Source of the DNA: Iphione sp. A-MEVVRFRX5
Lineage: Eukaryota
Direction of reading: 5' to 3'
Assembly: GCA_976226885.1 (NCBI GenBank)
Contig: OZ320315.1
Location: forward strand, 88,474,001-88,538,000
DNA length: 64,000 bases
A program made the translations under genes and the position numbers. This document shows positions 37,848-51,302 of the stretch, in pieces. A model generated the notes under the pieces. It did no database searches, was not told the DNA's origin, and saw only the letters and a program-made list of their open reading frames with translations. How positions within the stretch are numbered: position 1 is the stretch's first letter; the number at the start of each line of letters is the position of its first letter.

Positions 37848-38246
37848 TATGTGTGTGTGTGTGTGTGTGTTGGGGGGGTATCCCAGAGTTGGGTGTGTAT
37901 GTGTGTGTGTGGGTTATCCCAGAGTTTCATGTATGAATGTATGTGTATGTGTTTGGGTGGGGGTTATCCTGGAGTTGCATGTATGAGTGTGTGTATGTGT
38001 GCAGGTGTGTTTGGGTTATTCCTGCGTTGCTTGTATGAGTGTGTGTGTGCATGTATGTTTGTGTGTGACGGGGCTATTCCAGAGATGTGTGTGTCAGTGG
38101 GTGTGTATGGGACTATCCTAGAGTTGTGTGCATGAGTGTGTGTGTGCATTTGTGTGTGTGTGGACTATTCCAGAGATGCATGTGTGAGTGTGTGTATGTG
38201 TGCGTGTGTGTGTGTGGGAGTGGGGGGGGGGTGTTATCCCGGCGTT
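37848..38246. repeat. Minisatellite: eight copies of a GGGTTATCCCAGAGTT-like core separated by TG-rich variable spacers
   Basis: Cores near 37877, 37911, 37961, 38013, 38071, 38109, 38162 and 38231; spacers are low-complexity (TG)n. Confidence 0.85.
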
Positions 38247-38739
38247 GCCCGATGTCTCTCACCGACAACTGGCCGTCCTGAACCCCTCGCCGGGCGACAA
38301 TTCATCACCGGTTATCGCAATATGGAGACCATAAAGGTCTGCGGTTTCTGTGGTCGGAATGAATAAGATATACCGCCCCTCGCCCGGCCGCCTCTACCGC
38401 CGGGGGGGAATTCACCAGTTAGCTTACTTCATCATTATCATTGACTACTGCCTGCATTAAAGGAAGATCTTAAATTGGGTGTGAGAGCATGTTTTTTTTA
38501 TAGAGACAGCTGGAATAAACTCTTAAATCAGGTAGATGAATAGAGTGTCCCCTTCAATTACGAAAGTGTTTGGGAAATATACATATCTCACGAAGCTGTG
38601 TGTACCTGGAGCGACATCGAACGCAGACAGCGATACCGGATGTTCGCTCTAATTTCAAACCTTGTCGTGTACTAATAATGACTGGTTATGTGTTCAGTAG
38701 AGTTTGGTATTTGCGAAGGTTGTTTCGTTGAATTCAAGG

Positions 38740-39200
38740 CCTGACCGGCCGCTGGTCAGTCGACCAGGTCCATCTTCTCTGGAGCCCGCGCAGTGGGCCC
38801 CCGCTGGCCGTCCGCAGGGGCTGGAATCCGCGGCGGCGGCGGCGGGGGAGCCCAGTCGGCGCACACTCCCCCGTGGCCGACAAGGGGCGACGGCCATGGT
38901 CTGCGGCTTATCAGCGGCCGCCTGTTTTCTAGCTGGATGGACGTGTATGCCTAGACGTCCAGTCCGTCTTGCGTTTCCGTGCGCCAACCACGTCCCCATC
39001 AGTCCGAGCGGTGAAGAGGGAGTTAAAGGAGTACAAGGATTCCCCCGCCGCCCCCCCCGTGCGTCTTCCCCCAGCCCCCTGCCTTCCTTTGCTTTCTTCA
39101 CCACTGGTCGGCAGATATAGCTCCCCCCCCCTCTTCCTGCTGGCTTCACCCCTAACCCGCCCCCTCGTCCCGCCTCGTCCGAGGCGACTTCACCCTGCAT
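38740..39200. promoter_or_regulatory. CpG/GC-rich island with (GGC)n and C-runs
   Basis: Very high local GC and CpG content; the overlapping ORFs are low-complexity and unrecognisable. Confidence 0.5.
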
Positions 39201-42045
39201 CCAGCTGACAAGGTCGTCTACGTCCATCACAGCCCTCTACCAAATTTACTGCGGCTATTGATGTTTCCTACTTGGGGGCCCACAACGCTAGAACCAATGT
39301 TAGAACGGGCCGAGGAGACCCATGGCCGATCCGTTTACTCACCGGCTCGCACAATCCTACAGGCTAAAAGACCATTGTGCCAGGCCGAGGTTGAAAGCTG
39401 TCCCTACCCTCTGCCTCACCGATGGTCAAGTGATGTTTGTGGTGAAGCGCTCACTCGTGAATATCGGGGGCATGTGAATGGGAGAGCGGTGCATTCGGAC
39501 ATTTTGCGCCCGACCAGCCAGGGGCACTAGGCGATGTATAATGCATTAGATCGACCTATGCCCTGGAGGGTCCGGGTACTAAGAGAGGTCGTTGCTATGG
39601 ATGGAAGAACAGGAAGAGTGGGGCTCAATGCACGTTGAAGAAAAGCAATGGTCCCCACTCGTCCTTTTTTTGCTCAACAATTACACATAATGCCAATAAA
39701 TTACCTTCAATATGGCCATCCCCCCACCCCCAGCGAAAATACCTTTCCTCCGATGGAAAGATCAACGGAATTCGAGATCAAAGGCTCTTGCAGCTTTTTC
39801 ACATCCTAATGTTGAATAGAGTGTCTGACTCGCATCGAAACGTTTACCGTCCGCCTGGCCCTGGGCAGAAATGAATACATCTATGTTCACCGTATCGTTT
39901 TGCGCGTTATTTTTTTCACGTCCAGGGGGGCCTAGACGTATTCATAGCCACTAGTCAGTCTGTCTGTCTGTGCGTTTAGTCTAAATGACGGGCCGGCTAT
40001 GGCGTAATTTAGCATATGCAACAGGGGGCAACTCCGTATTTATGTATTATTTAGCGTTTCTTCCGCCAAGTGCTGCGATGCGCCTAATTCTTCTTTCCAG
40101 CACAGAGGGCGCTATCACATAATAAAGGAACATGATCTACTTCGGTGTATATAACGCTGATAAACGACCTTCCTCTTTATGCGTGTATATAAGGGACGAG
40201 GGATAGTGGAAGTACGTGCCACCATGGCAAGGTACATGTATAGTATGTGTAAGATATGACGTGTGCTGGGTTTGATCTCACAGAGTCCCATAAAAGGTTA
40301 TTGGGGGGGGGGGGTAATAAGGACAAGCCTCTCCATAGAAGCCATTCAACCCAAGTAGGTACTGCCGAGGAAAGCATGCCTGTAAAATACAGATAGTAAA
40401 ATTCAGGTAGCATAAGAAAATGACAATCGAGGATGCAAATGTACTGTACAGGGATACGGTACTTTCATTCCACTTCTTCTCTTTAATGGTCTTTTATTGG
40501 TCATTCTGATCTTCCTAACCGTATTTGCATACACAGTGCTGTACTTAGATATAATGAGTACATGCATGAAAAATTCTCCTCGTGAACGTGAACAGAGTAC
40601 ATATACTCGATATCTTATTCTAGAGTAACACAAAAATTCCTCCAGGTGCTTTTACAATAAGGGCTAACACTACTACCCATAAGCTTTTATTAGTCGCTTC
40701 CTGCTCTTGAAAACGACCGGATAAGGCAGAGCGGAGTTACAAAAAAATAATAAAAGAAATACACGCTCCCGAAAGCGTATATTCAAACATGAAACCAATA
40801 GATGCCCTTTCGACAGAGACTGTATTTACCACTTGAATTAGCTCCAATACATAGGTGAACAAAGCGTATTGTACCATCGTGACATTAATATTGCCTTGTT
40901 AGTCTGCGTAGATCGGGCTACAATAGTATTTCCCCTGTGGTCATACGTCAGATTACCTACGTTTCCTACAACCACGAATGCCTGCTTAAAAAAAAAAAAA
41001 GTACGTACGCATGTTGGAACAAGACTCTCATAGTATTTCATTTATCAGTTTTTGCCGGTGTTTTTATGCACGTCGTAAGCAGACATTTTGCCCGTCATAT
41101 CAATACCTTATGCTGCCTTAATATATAGCAATGTTTATACGAATGCCAATGTGGCGCTGCTGGCAAAGGTTAGGCAAAAACTACTTCTCCACCGCCCTTG
41201 TCTCCTATAATCACACTCTAGGACATACCGTGCGTTCCGGCTGTATCACACCTCCCTGTCTCTTTCTCTCCTGATTCGCCGCCTACTCTTACTGATATTA
41301 TAATGCTTACCCTTCAGAGCGCCATGGCAGGTGTTCCGCTTTCACTCACTCTCTGATATACGCTGTCGGCCGTGGCGACATCTTGTCGGGTGTAGGGGAT
41401 ACATATACATGTCCCTCTCTCCCGGGTTATAATTATAATAGTGTCCGTCAGCAAGAGCCATCGTTCATATTATGCCCGCCTCTCACGTGCACGTAATATT
41501 GGACATGTGCTATCATATTTAAGGTATGATGATGGCCAACAGGGTAACCAACACCGAAATGTCAATGATCATTTCAATATGATCTGCCCTCCTTAACAAA
41601 ATGGTTATTTTATGTTAAACGTAATGAAATGTTTTCCTATAATACCTTGTGCGCTATTATTTGAGTAAAGAAGACGGCGCAAATTACTAGCTCCTACTAT
41701 GTCGTACCAATTTTATTTCTTGCAGTACTTTAGGTAATACTACCTCATTATCTTTTTAGGTATGCTGTTTCAGAGAGTATGGCTTTATATCACACAGTAC
41801 TTGTATCCCAATACCTGTATTTATGAATTCCCTTTTTAGTATGCATATGCGCATGATGGATATACGTTATACTACACACAGAAATTATACAGGAATAGTG
41901 GGAGTAGAATTTGGAGAGTGTGTAACTATGACCATTTATAACAATAAGTACACAGGTTAGAGAGAATACAGCCTGCACATAACATCCTGGATTACTGCAC
42001 ATGGGGTTAAGAGCTTAGTCAATCGTCTACCACACACTGGATTAC

Positions 42046-42560
42046 TACACAGTCAAACTCTGTTAACCAGAGGGGGTCGATTATGGTTTTTTTTGCATGA
42101 AAACAAAATTTGACCATTGTGTCTTCTGGTGGGGAAAATTTGCATAATAGTAGATGTAAAATGTAAAGTCTAAAGTAAAGTAATTAATATTGCCTTAACC
42201 TATGGCAGTCACTCTGGCTTGTATTTCTTCTATGTTTATGAGGTCACAGCCCACATATCACATGTGTACAGTCAGACCTTGTTTTCCGGAGTACCTCTGT
42301 TATTCGAAATTTTGTAAAGATGATGAAATATCTGGTTGCTGAAATTGCCACCCATGCATGCCCTGGCAGGGAAAATTTGCACAATAGTAAATGTACAACC
42401 CTTTTAAGTCAAAAGTAAAGTGATTAGTGTTATTTTGACCTATGTTAGTCACTATGCACTGTGTTGTCTCTTTCTTTAGGAGGTCATGGCTCATATTTTG
42501 CATATGTGTATTTTACTTTTAACCTTTGTTAGTCACTCGACACTGTGTTGTCTCTTCCTT
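42046..42560. repeat. Old tandem duplication, about 240-bp unit (two copies plus a partial third)
   Basis: gggaaaatttgca[tc]aatagta[ga]atgta at 42131 and 42369 with downstream similarity; each unit is preceded by a CAGTCA[AG]AC start resembling a Tc1-type TIR. Confidence 0.7.
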
Positions 42561-44636
42561 TAGTAGGTTGCAGCCTGTATTTTTCTCTTATATAATCATT
42601 TCTTTGTGCTGTCTATAATCACTCTAATGTCTAACAGTTTCTTTGTTCTTCCCCATCCAGTTAACTGTGTCTATTTTCTATATAAATTAGGTAAAAAAGG
42701 CTTGAAATACATTACAGTTACAGATAGCAAATGCCAGATACATAACACAATTGAAAGAAAAAATTATTGATAATTTGGTTTTGTTACAGATAATGCAAAT
42801 ATCTAGTTATTGTGACTCTAGTAGATAACTGTATATAATAGTCTATACTCATTTCCGGGTGTCTGATCAAGCATTGTCCCACTTGAAAACCATAGGCATA
42901 CCGCCTCCAAACGGTACAGGCATCTCGAATGTGCAGTTCTACAACTCGTGTGTGGGGGTGGTTTGTACAGTTTTCTAAACGGATCACCCTTGAACAAGAT
43001 TTACGATGGGTGTGTGCTGAATGTTTTCTGTCGTCAGTCTTTAGGAGGTCTGAAAAAAGTCTGGAAATCTATTTCAAGATGAATGAATGGCATCAATACA
43101 ACAACTGATATTTATTACGATGAGAAACGTCCATGCCGCTTGGGAAATAAAGTATATAGCAATGCTGTGATGACATTTGCTACGCTTTGTACAGAATTGC
43201 CCTATTGGTAGGAGGTTTGCACCTTGTCCAGGGTCATTTCTCTTTGACTGCTACATTCATTAAAACCTCTCCTCTATACATACCCTTGTTGAGCGGGAAA
43301 GGATTGTCCATAACAACTCAATGTGGAACCTTTAAGACCCCAAGATTCGAAGCCAAGTGGAGGTTGGAAAATGTCCAAACCTCCCAGCGATGGGTCAATT
43401 AGGAGCGCACCATTTCATTAAATACTTTATGACAACCACCGCCCGCGTAGCCCCCCCCCTCCCACATAACTGGAGCGGCTCTATATGCAAGCTTCAGTAA
43501 GGTTAGATATCAATATTGTTAATCAGATTTCTAAGAAATACAAAGGGACAAATTATAGGAGTTATATATTCTCTTAACATTGTGGACCTCTGGAGTCGGA
43601 TAAAATCTTAATTATGTGTGCTCCGAATTACTACAGGATTCGACGCCATCGCCATAAAATTCTGCAAAAGAGCGATAGAAAGCCAACCCTAAACGGTGAA
43701 GGGCAGTATTCCCAATTATATCTGAGACAGAAATCAAAAGTACAAGAAGTGGAAAATAGAAAATAAGACTGACTTTGAGAATTAGAAAGACATGAATCAG
43801 GTGTTTACTAGGAAAGCATAATGGGCATAAAGAAATTGCCAAGTCGATTAGTACTGTTCTACAGTTAGTGTGTGCAGAAAAAGTCACCCTCATTTGGGAA
43901 GATTTAAAAAAAAATGAAAGTGTTTCTTTCAGAGGTAAACTCCCATTAACAGAAGTGGATCCAGTTAAGGTTTCTCAAGATGAAATCAGAAAAGCCACAT
44001 AAAGATCTAGCAATAAAAAAGTAATTGCAGTAATAATGTTTGCGTCAGGATTTACGAGAAATATCTTACTGCACATATTGAATAAATATCATTGAATAAG
44101 AATGATTTACAGGTCGGTGAAATCCCAGTAGTCTTCCCTTGGCCAGCTATCTGCGTGTTAGTTTCAGATAAAAGGAGTAAAACTTCATGACATTTTTCTA
44201 GTTTCTAGAACTGAATCAATCCCATCTTCTAAGTATGGATTTGTATAGGATATCCAATTCAAAGGGCATTTGCAAACCGCAACAACGGTATTTACAAGAG
44301 TTTCAGTGAAGGGTTCACTGAAATAGGAAGTGTTTAACATTTTAAAAATGCATACCTTTCTGAAACTATAACATGCAATAAACAATGACTACAGAGTGTC
44401 GTGGGGACTAGGTCCTATCGTTTGAAAAGTATCTGAACTTTAAAAATGTTTTTCGTATCGGATTCCTCAGTGATCACCGTATGTTATCATCAATGATTAA
44501 ATGGTAGGAATAACTGGACACTCTGTTCCTTATTTAATGATTTGGTGAATGAATTCTGTATCTGACTGGTCAGGCTTCTCCTTATTCTGTGATGTCAGGA
44601 GTGAAATCATACTTCACTGGTGCGTCTTTTCTTTCT

Positions 44637-44765
44637 NNNNNNNNNNNNNNNNNNNNNNNNNNNNNNNNNNNNNNNNNNNNNNNNNNNNNNNNNNNNNNNN
44701 NNNNNNNNNNNNNNNNNNNNNNNNNNNNNNNNNNNNNNNNNNNNNNNNNNNNNNNNNNNNNNNNN
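44637..44765. other. Assembly gap (N run) flanked by CT- and GA-rich sequence
   Basis: N characters. Confidence 1.
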
Positions 44766-47674
44766 GAGAGACACAGAAAGAGACAGAGAGGGGAAAGAGA
44801 AGACGTGGAAGGGGAGAGGGGAGAGAGGAGTATGTGAAACGGGTGTACTGTCTCATGTGAATAAATACTCTATACGGGGAGGGCGTCATTTAAAGCGTTC
44901 ACTGCATAGGGCTATTTTATGAAGGGGACATGTCATTTAAAGGATTTATTGTATGATGCGAAAAGTAATTTTTTTGTGTCTGAGAGAGGGGCAAGATAGG
45001 TGTTATCAAGTAGATCTGGTAGGAATCCGGTAGGTCCGGCACAATTAGGCATTGTACTCTTAGCGCACCAACTACGTATACATGTACTCATATGTATCCT
45101 GAAATATTTTGATTAGCATCTATGCATAGATCTGAGGTGACTTGCACCCCTACCTGTTGTGTATAGTTGATCCTTTCCATACCAGATATCGCATAGCCAG
45201 TAATGGCCTGACCAAACAAGGGTTGTAATCCTGTAAGATCCACGGTATTAGATACCACAGGACCTGCCCACCGACAACGGCGAGTCAAAACGACATAATT
45301 ATTGCTCTGTTACTAGGACCCTCCCGCTGAAACCACACCAAAACAACAGAAAAACAAACCAAAACGGGAATAACTCCCAAACCCACATGAATTGCAAAAC
45401 ATGCGCTTTACTCATCAGTGATTGTATGCAGATGGGCCATGTGGATAACAGCCTCCTCCACACGATGAGAGGTAGGGGTCTCGAAACCTGCCGTATCATT
45501 ACCATATGTATAATTCAAGGCGAACACTGCTTATCCAACCCGTATCTGACATCAGGGTGTAAGTCACATAGCCATTCAGTTATTGTTACATGGTTCCAGT
45601 GCAGGGAGCAATATGAGGCCTTCACTGAATATGAAAAGAATGACGTGACGCATTGTCAATTAGTGAAGAGGAACTGGGTATTCTTTCTCCTCCACCTAAT
45701 ATCCTAGTGCTGTTTTTTATGTTTTACTTTTGTTAAGCTTATGTGTAATTAAACAGGTCACTGATTGCATTGGTTGCTGCGCTTTGGCTCTCAACGTCAC
45801 CTTAATTTCAAGGCGTGTTCTGCATAAACATACGTAGACCTAATGTCAGCGGACGGTTAGCAAACCATGGCCATTTGTATTCTGATGAGCCTCCGAACTC
45901 ATTTGAGAGACGCATACGCGGACACAAGAGAAGGGAGATAGGAAAAAATATATAAAAGATGTCTAATAAATATACCATGCTACGTTATCTTACTGACTAG
46001 AGAATTACCCTCCCGGAAGCATGCGTATGTGGAGAAATAAATGGATAAGATCAAATGTAATGTTGTGTTTAAGTTCAGAATTAAATAAACGGACATCACT
46101 TTCTGCATATGTTTGAATTATATCAGGCACTTAAGGGAAGCCATGACAAAACTGAAGGACCTACCCACAGGGACGGTCCACATGTAATTAGAATTTCTAG
46201 CCATGTTAGATGTTCTGGAATGTACGTTTGTTAAATATGCTATAGTAAGCATGATGGCCCATTTGAGAGGAGCATTTGCTGTTTGATATAAACCATTATA
46301 TACACATTTCACAGGAACCGTCAGAGTGACTGAAGAACCACTTGGCAGGAATATCGCCAAGCCTGAGTCTGGGTCTCGAAAGAATATCCGAAGAGGGACC
46401 CGACAGGAGGAGTTACTATTACATGCCCTGTGGCGGCCCTAGCGATAAAAGAGTCTCCGTTCCGTTGTGCACGCACATCGCAGTGGGGGGGATTTCATGG
46501 TTAGAATAAACTGAGACTTGAAATCCGCCGTCAACAGCCAGCTACTTAAATGCCACAGAGAAAACAGCCTCGCTGTAATTCGCTTCAACAAGTCTGTTTG
46601 AAACGTGTAACCCAATAAAGGGGACTCCCTTTAAATATAGTCTCGGTTGTACAGCTATTGTTTAATTAATTTATATGACCACTGTATGGTACATTTGGGA
46701 GTTAAATGGCCCGCGTTTACCTCGTTGTATGAATTCTCGACGCAGACTGTTTCGAATGGACAATGAGGAGGTGGTAAACAGACATGGCTGCGGTAGTTTT
46801 AGGCCCGCTCCAACTGAAGCGGTCGGTTTAGTGATTTTTACCCCTCGAAAAAAAAAACACTTCAGTGCAATTTAGGATGTTTTAATTGCGAGGGAATCTT
46901 CACACTAAATGGTTCTCTGGTACTGCTTTTCTTACTCTAGTTCAATTCAAACATTTTCCAGTCATCAAATGTAAGTTAAAAAACAGGATTGAAAACGTTT
47001 GGCTTTTGGCAGAGTGCTCTACGGGCAATCCGCAAAACATGACATCTGGCTTTGCAAGCAAATTCGCGAGTTCAGGCCGTATTCATTTCATCCAGGACCT
47101 TCGCGGAAGACTATTTACTTGCCATCTAATGACATAATTATGTGCTCCACCAGTCTATAGGCGTCGTACAGTCGATACACACCCACTAGTTTTCCTAAAG
47201 GAAAGTATTCGGAACGCGTTTGAAAGAGCAATATTCAGAACGTGAAAATGATGGAGCTCGAACAGCCCAGCACATCATGAGAGTTGAGATCTGGAAGCCG
47301 ACGTTTTGAATTGGTTGGGCTCCCCAGGGGGATCTTCACACCTGACATCGCCACCACGTGACTGGGTCTGTCTTGCTCGGCGAGGGCTTTTGGTGGTCTG
47401 TGTGTGTGTGGGTGTGTGGGTAGGTGGGGGTGGAGGGGAGGGCTGGTTGAGTGGCCGTTGCAGTCGTCCGGTAGTCTGTGGTAGTCGGCATCCTGCCGCC
47501 GCTCCTGAATCAGATTAAACCATCGACCCAAGTGTGGAGAGCAGCCACAAGGCCCGAGCGATCTTTAATTCCGGATCTCGATCGGTCATCGCCGCGATAA
47601 CCCAGAGACAGGATGACACGGCCAAGCATTCCTTAATGGATTCGAGCTAAATTGGATTATTGATCATCATGAAA

Positions 47675-47687
47675 GGGCCAGAGGTCA
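47675..47687 (+). promoter_or_regulatory. DR1-type nuclear receptor element
   Basis: GGGCCA-G-AGGTCA. Confidence 0.3.
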
Positions 47688-50600
47688 TACGCACCAGTAG
47701 CAACAGCTATTTATAAAGTGAGTGGATTCTGACTAGGTTAGAGTCGATTTTTCCTGATTTCCGCCCTGTTTTTTTCGCCCAACTACATTTACCTGATTGC
47801 TTCTAAATGCAATTTGTTAAATGGTAATTTCTTTCATCTAAAGTTCTTCGACACTACTAATAACATGTACTTTGTATGAAATAAACGACTGTCCAATATC
47901 GAGATGAAACAAGTTCAGGCTGAGATTATATTACACTTAACAACCCTTTAAAATACGTTACACATGTTTTGTAATGGGGAGTTATAGACTTTCGATACCT
48001 TTGGGGTCACCAAGAGTATAAAGATTTCAGTAGAATGGTTTACTCAAATCCCTTCATCAAATCTGTCAACCTATTCCACTCCTTTTCCTGGTGACAATGG
48101 TATAGATTAATTTTTCTTGAAACTATTTGCAAAGGCAGCTTTTCAAACAGCGCGTTCGTTTGTAACGATCGGTGCATAAAATGCTAGTCATCAGAAATGG
48201 AGACGAGTGGTGACTGACTAGGTCAACCGGGAGTTACCATATTCCAACCAGAGAGGAAGAGAAAAGAAGAGGAGCCATTAGTTCTGCCATTAGGCTTTGT
48301 TTAAGCGCCGAGGAGAACCCTATTATTGCTTGAGCAGCTCGCATTGGGTACCCATTAGCTCGTGTGTCGAGCATGTGCTCGACGCCGGAGCAGCTGGCCC
48401 ATTATGACGCGCAGACGCACCCACCACCACCCGGACCCCCACCGTCCAACCCCTTTGCCTACCACTGCCAACATCCGCCTACTGATCTTTAACCATCAGC
48501 AGCGGCGGACGCTAGGTACCACACAGGAGACCTGCTATTATTTCCTACAGGGGAAAACAATGATGTTCAGGGTGTAGTCTAACTCCTTGTCCTCCTGTAG
48601 GCTTCAAGTGTAACGTTTACTTTCTCCTCACCTCACTCTCCTGCTCCCCCCTCAAGCGCCCATCATACAAACAAGCACGTATTTATGCAACCAGCTTCAC
48701 ACCAGTTGACATTTGTTTCACCCCCTATGCATTAAACGCCGCAATATCAATGAAGTTGCCCGCATGATAAACCAGCCCTGGCATATGAATAGAGAGAGAG
48801 CCGCAGCCGGCGAAAGCGTTCCCGCAGGAATTGTCGAGAAGCTCGCCCCGCTCCCGCGATGGCATTCAGGTAATGTATCTGATGGAGGGGTGGTTGCTAC
48901 CACTTTGAGTATATGACCTTTTAGGCAGGTGGGAGGGGGGAGGCGGATTCCTTCTTGGCGTGGCACGGGCTGCAGCTCCAGCTAATCCCTTGTCTCCTGG
49001 CGGCGTCCTCCTGTCACCGGGATGCCCCTTACTCCTGATCTCTTTGCAGAGTCGCTAGGGACACTAACATCTTTCCCATCATCCTGAGCCCCAGGGTTCA
49101 TCACTGCTGCCTCCTGTCAACAAGACGCTTTGTGTCTCAGCCAGAATAGTCCCCTCCCCCCCGCGACACCCACCCCCCGCCACGCCAACGACCGGCGCAC
49201 AGGCAGCTGTGTCGCCAGTAGATTGGCCGTCATCAATTTTCTCCGATAGCTCCATGGGCGTTACTGACATACTGATAGCGAATATGGCTGATTAACCTGC
49301 CGCAGTTCCTTGTTGCCTCATGCATCTTAGGGCGGAGTTATCTGACTACTTACCTCAGGTACAACCTTATCTGACTGTAAGCTTACATGCTTATTCCCCC
49401 CCCCACCACCACCCCCTTTCGTCTCTTTCATTCTGACATGGTATCCAATGCGGGGGGGGGGTGGTTGAGGTGAGAGGGAAGTGGGAAGGGAGGAGAGAAA
49501 AAAAACAACACGAACCAACTCTGAGGGTGTATGCTTAAGTACAGATATGATCACTTTTGCTGATCATACGTTCATTCCTTCTCTTAACACTGCGTCGCAC
49601 GCCGCGCACAGATAGAGATTGGCGGCGAACAAGATGCCTATCTGGCTAAAGCCCCTCGGGAGAGGCAGACACTCCGGACGGAAGCAAGAACAAACACCTT
49701 GAAGCCAAAACCAATGCCGCCATTTGGACCTCTGTGTAGGAAAGGAGATTCCACCAAAAGAGGTGACTTAAGGAGGGACCGAATGTGACGCGTTTCCAGC
49801 ATAGCGGCTATTTATGTTCCATTTCCGGTGCGTCCTCACGTCATCTGCCGCTGACCACGAGTTCTAAGGGAAGGATGGGAGATGGGGGTGGGGAAAATGG
49901 GGGGGGGGCGAAACTTTGTTGGCTGAACGGAAAATTGAAATGGAGGAAAAAAGGAACTGCAGCGTTCGTGAGGACGAATTTAAATTACTTTCCGATGATT
50001 TCATGGGTGGGCCACTCATCGTGTCTGTGCAAACATGGTCCCCTGACGACAGAAACACCGGATTTGTTAATAGCACAAAAATGGTAATTCCTTTAAACAA
50101 TGAGTTTGCACGTACTTTTTTTTCGGGGGGCTCTCCGCGGGCTATTGGAACGCTGGCTGTTGGGGGGTAAGTGGGGAAGCCGAGCAGGCTCATCAAGCAG
50201 GTTCGAGCCTGACAAATTGGACAGGAAACCACCACTCCATTACGTTCATCCTGCTGTTAGGTCCCGCAGGAAGAGAGCCGTATACGCCGTGGTCAGAGTG
50301 GATGTCCCTCACCTCTGTGCAATTATTGTCTCAACATGGCTCCACAACGCATACATCAAGGTTAAGGAGAGCGGGTGTAGGGAGGGGAGGGGATAGGTTT
50401 GGATGCTAGCCAGCGGTCAGCCATAGTTCTTATCCTTCTGCTCCCGAGATTCTTAAGCAGGCAGGTACTGCAACCTGTGCAAGAGTGTAGGTGGTTGGTG
50501 GTGGTGGTGGTGGGGTATGTACGAAGAGCAGAAAGGGGTCGAGACTAATTCCCCGCAACCACGTCCACGTCAGGGATGTGTCCTACCGTTCAGAGATCCA

Positions 50601-51280
50601 GTCTATGTGGCTGAAACAGTATTCAACCACCATTCCCATCAGTGTCATTAGCAATTAAGTCTGATGACTACTTTGTGACAGCCTGCGGCTTGCGGTCTGC
50701 CGGGCCCGAGCGCCTTGAGACGGGTGACCCATAAAATGCCATCTTAGCTAAACGCTCCCCGCTCACTCAGGCGTCAGGGACGGCTTTCTTTATTCCTGAA
50801 ACATACCCATTTGTCACCAACTCATGCTGTTCTGTCGGTACTCCTTTAAGCCGTACTTAGGCCCTGCCCTGCAGGAGTCGGGCCCGCGCTCGAAGCCTCG
50901 GGGCCCGACCAGCAGACCTGGCTGCTTTAAGGGGGATGGCACCTTGGTGGCTGTTTTCTGCGGATCCCGATCACGACCGGGCTGAGTGCACACTTAACCG
51001 GAATGGTTTTTACCTTTCAGCACTTCCAACACTAGAGCAATTAATTATGTTGCACCCGTTCGACTAGGCCAGCTTAAAACCGGTATGAACAGTTGACCAT
51101 TTTTGTTCCGCGCCAAGATTCCATGAGGTGCACCCCTGGAGATATATGGGACTAGTTGATGGAGGCAACTTTTCCACTTTCTCCCGAGGCCGTCAGAAAA
51201 AAAACTCGCGGTTAGCTCTGTAGTGTTATCTGTTGGTCTAAAAGTAATAGCTGCTGACACATATTGGCCTTCTAACCAGG

Positions 51281-51302
51281 CTGCTGCTGCTGCTGCTGCT
51301 GC
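51281..51302. repeat. (CTG)7 microsatellite
   Basis: Read directly. Confidence 0.95.

Noticed and set aside
37848-38246. CRISPR-like repeat-spacer array
   Set aside because: Eukaryotic context, degenerate non-identical repeats, low-complexity mutually similar spacers of irregular length, and no cas genes.
44301-44323. Perfect 10-bp hairpin TTTCAGTGAA-ggg-TTCACTGAAA
   Set aside because: About one such hairpin is expected by chance in 64 kb; no supporting context.
48323-48334. 12-nt match to the 5' end of miR-137
   Set aside because: The 3' half differs and there is no complementary arm upstream.
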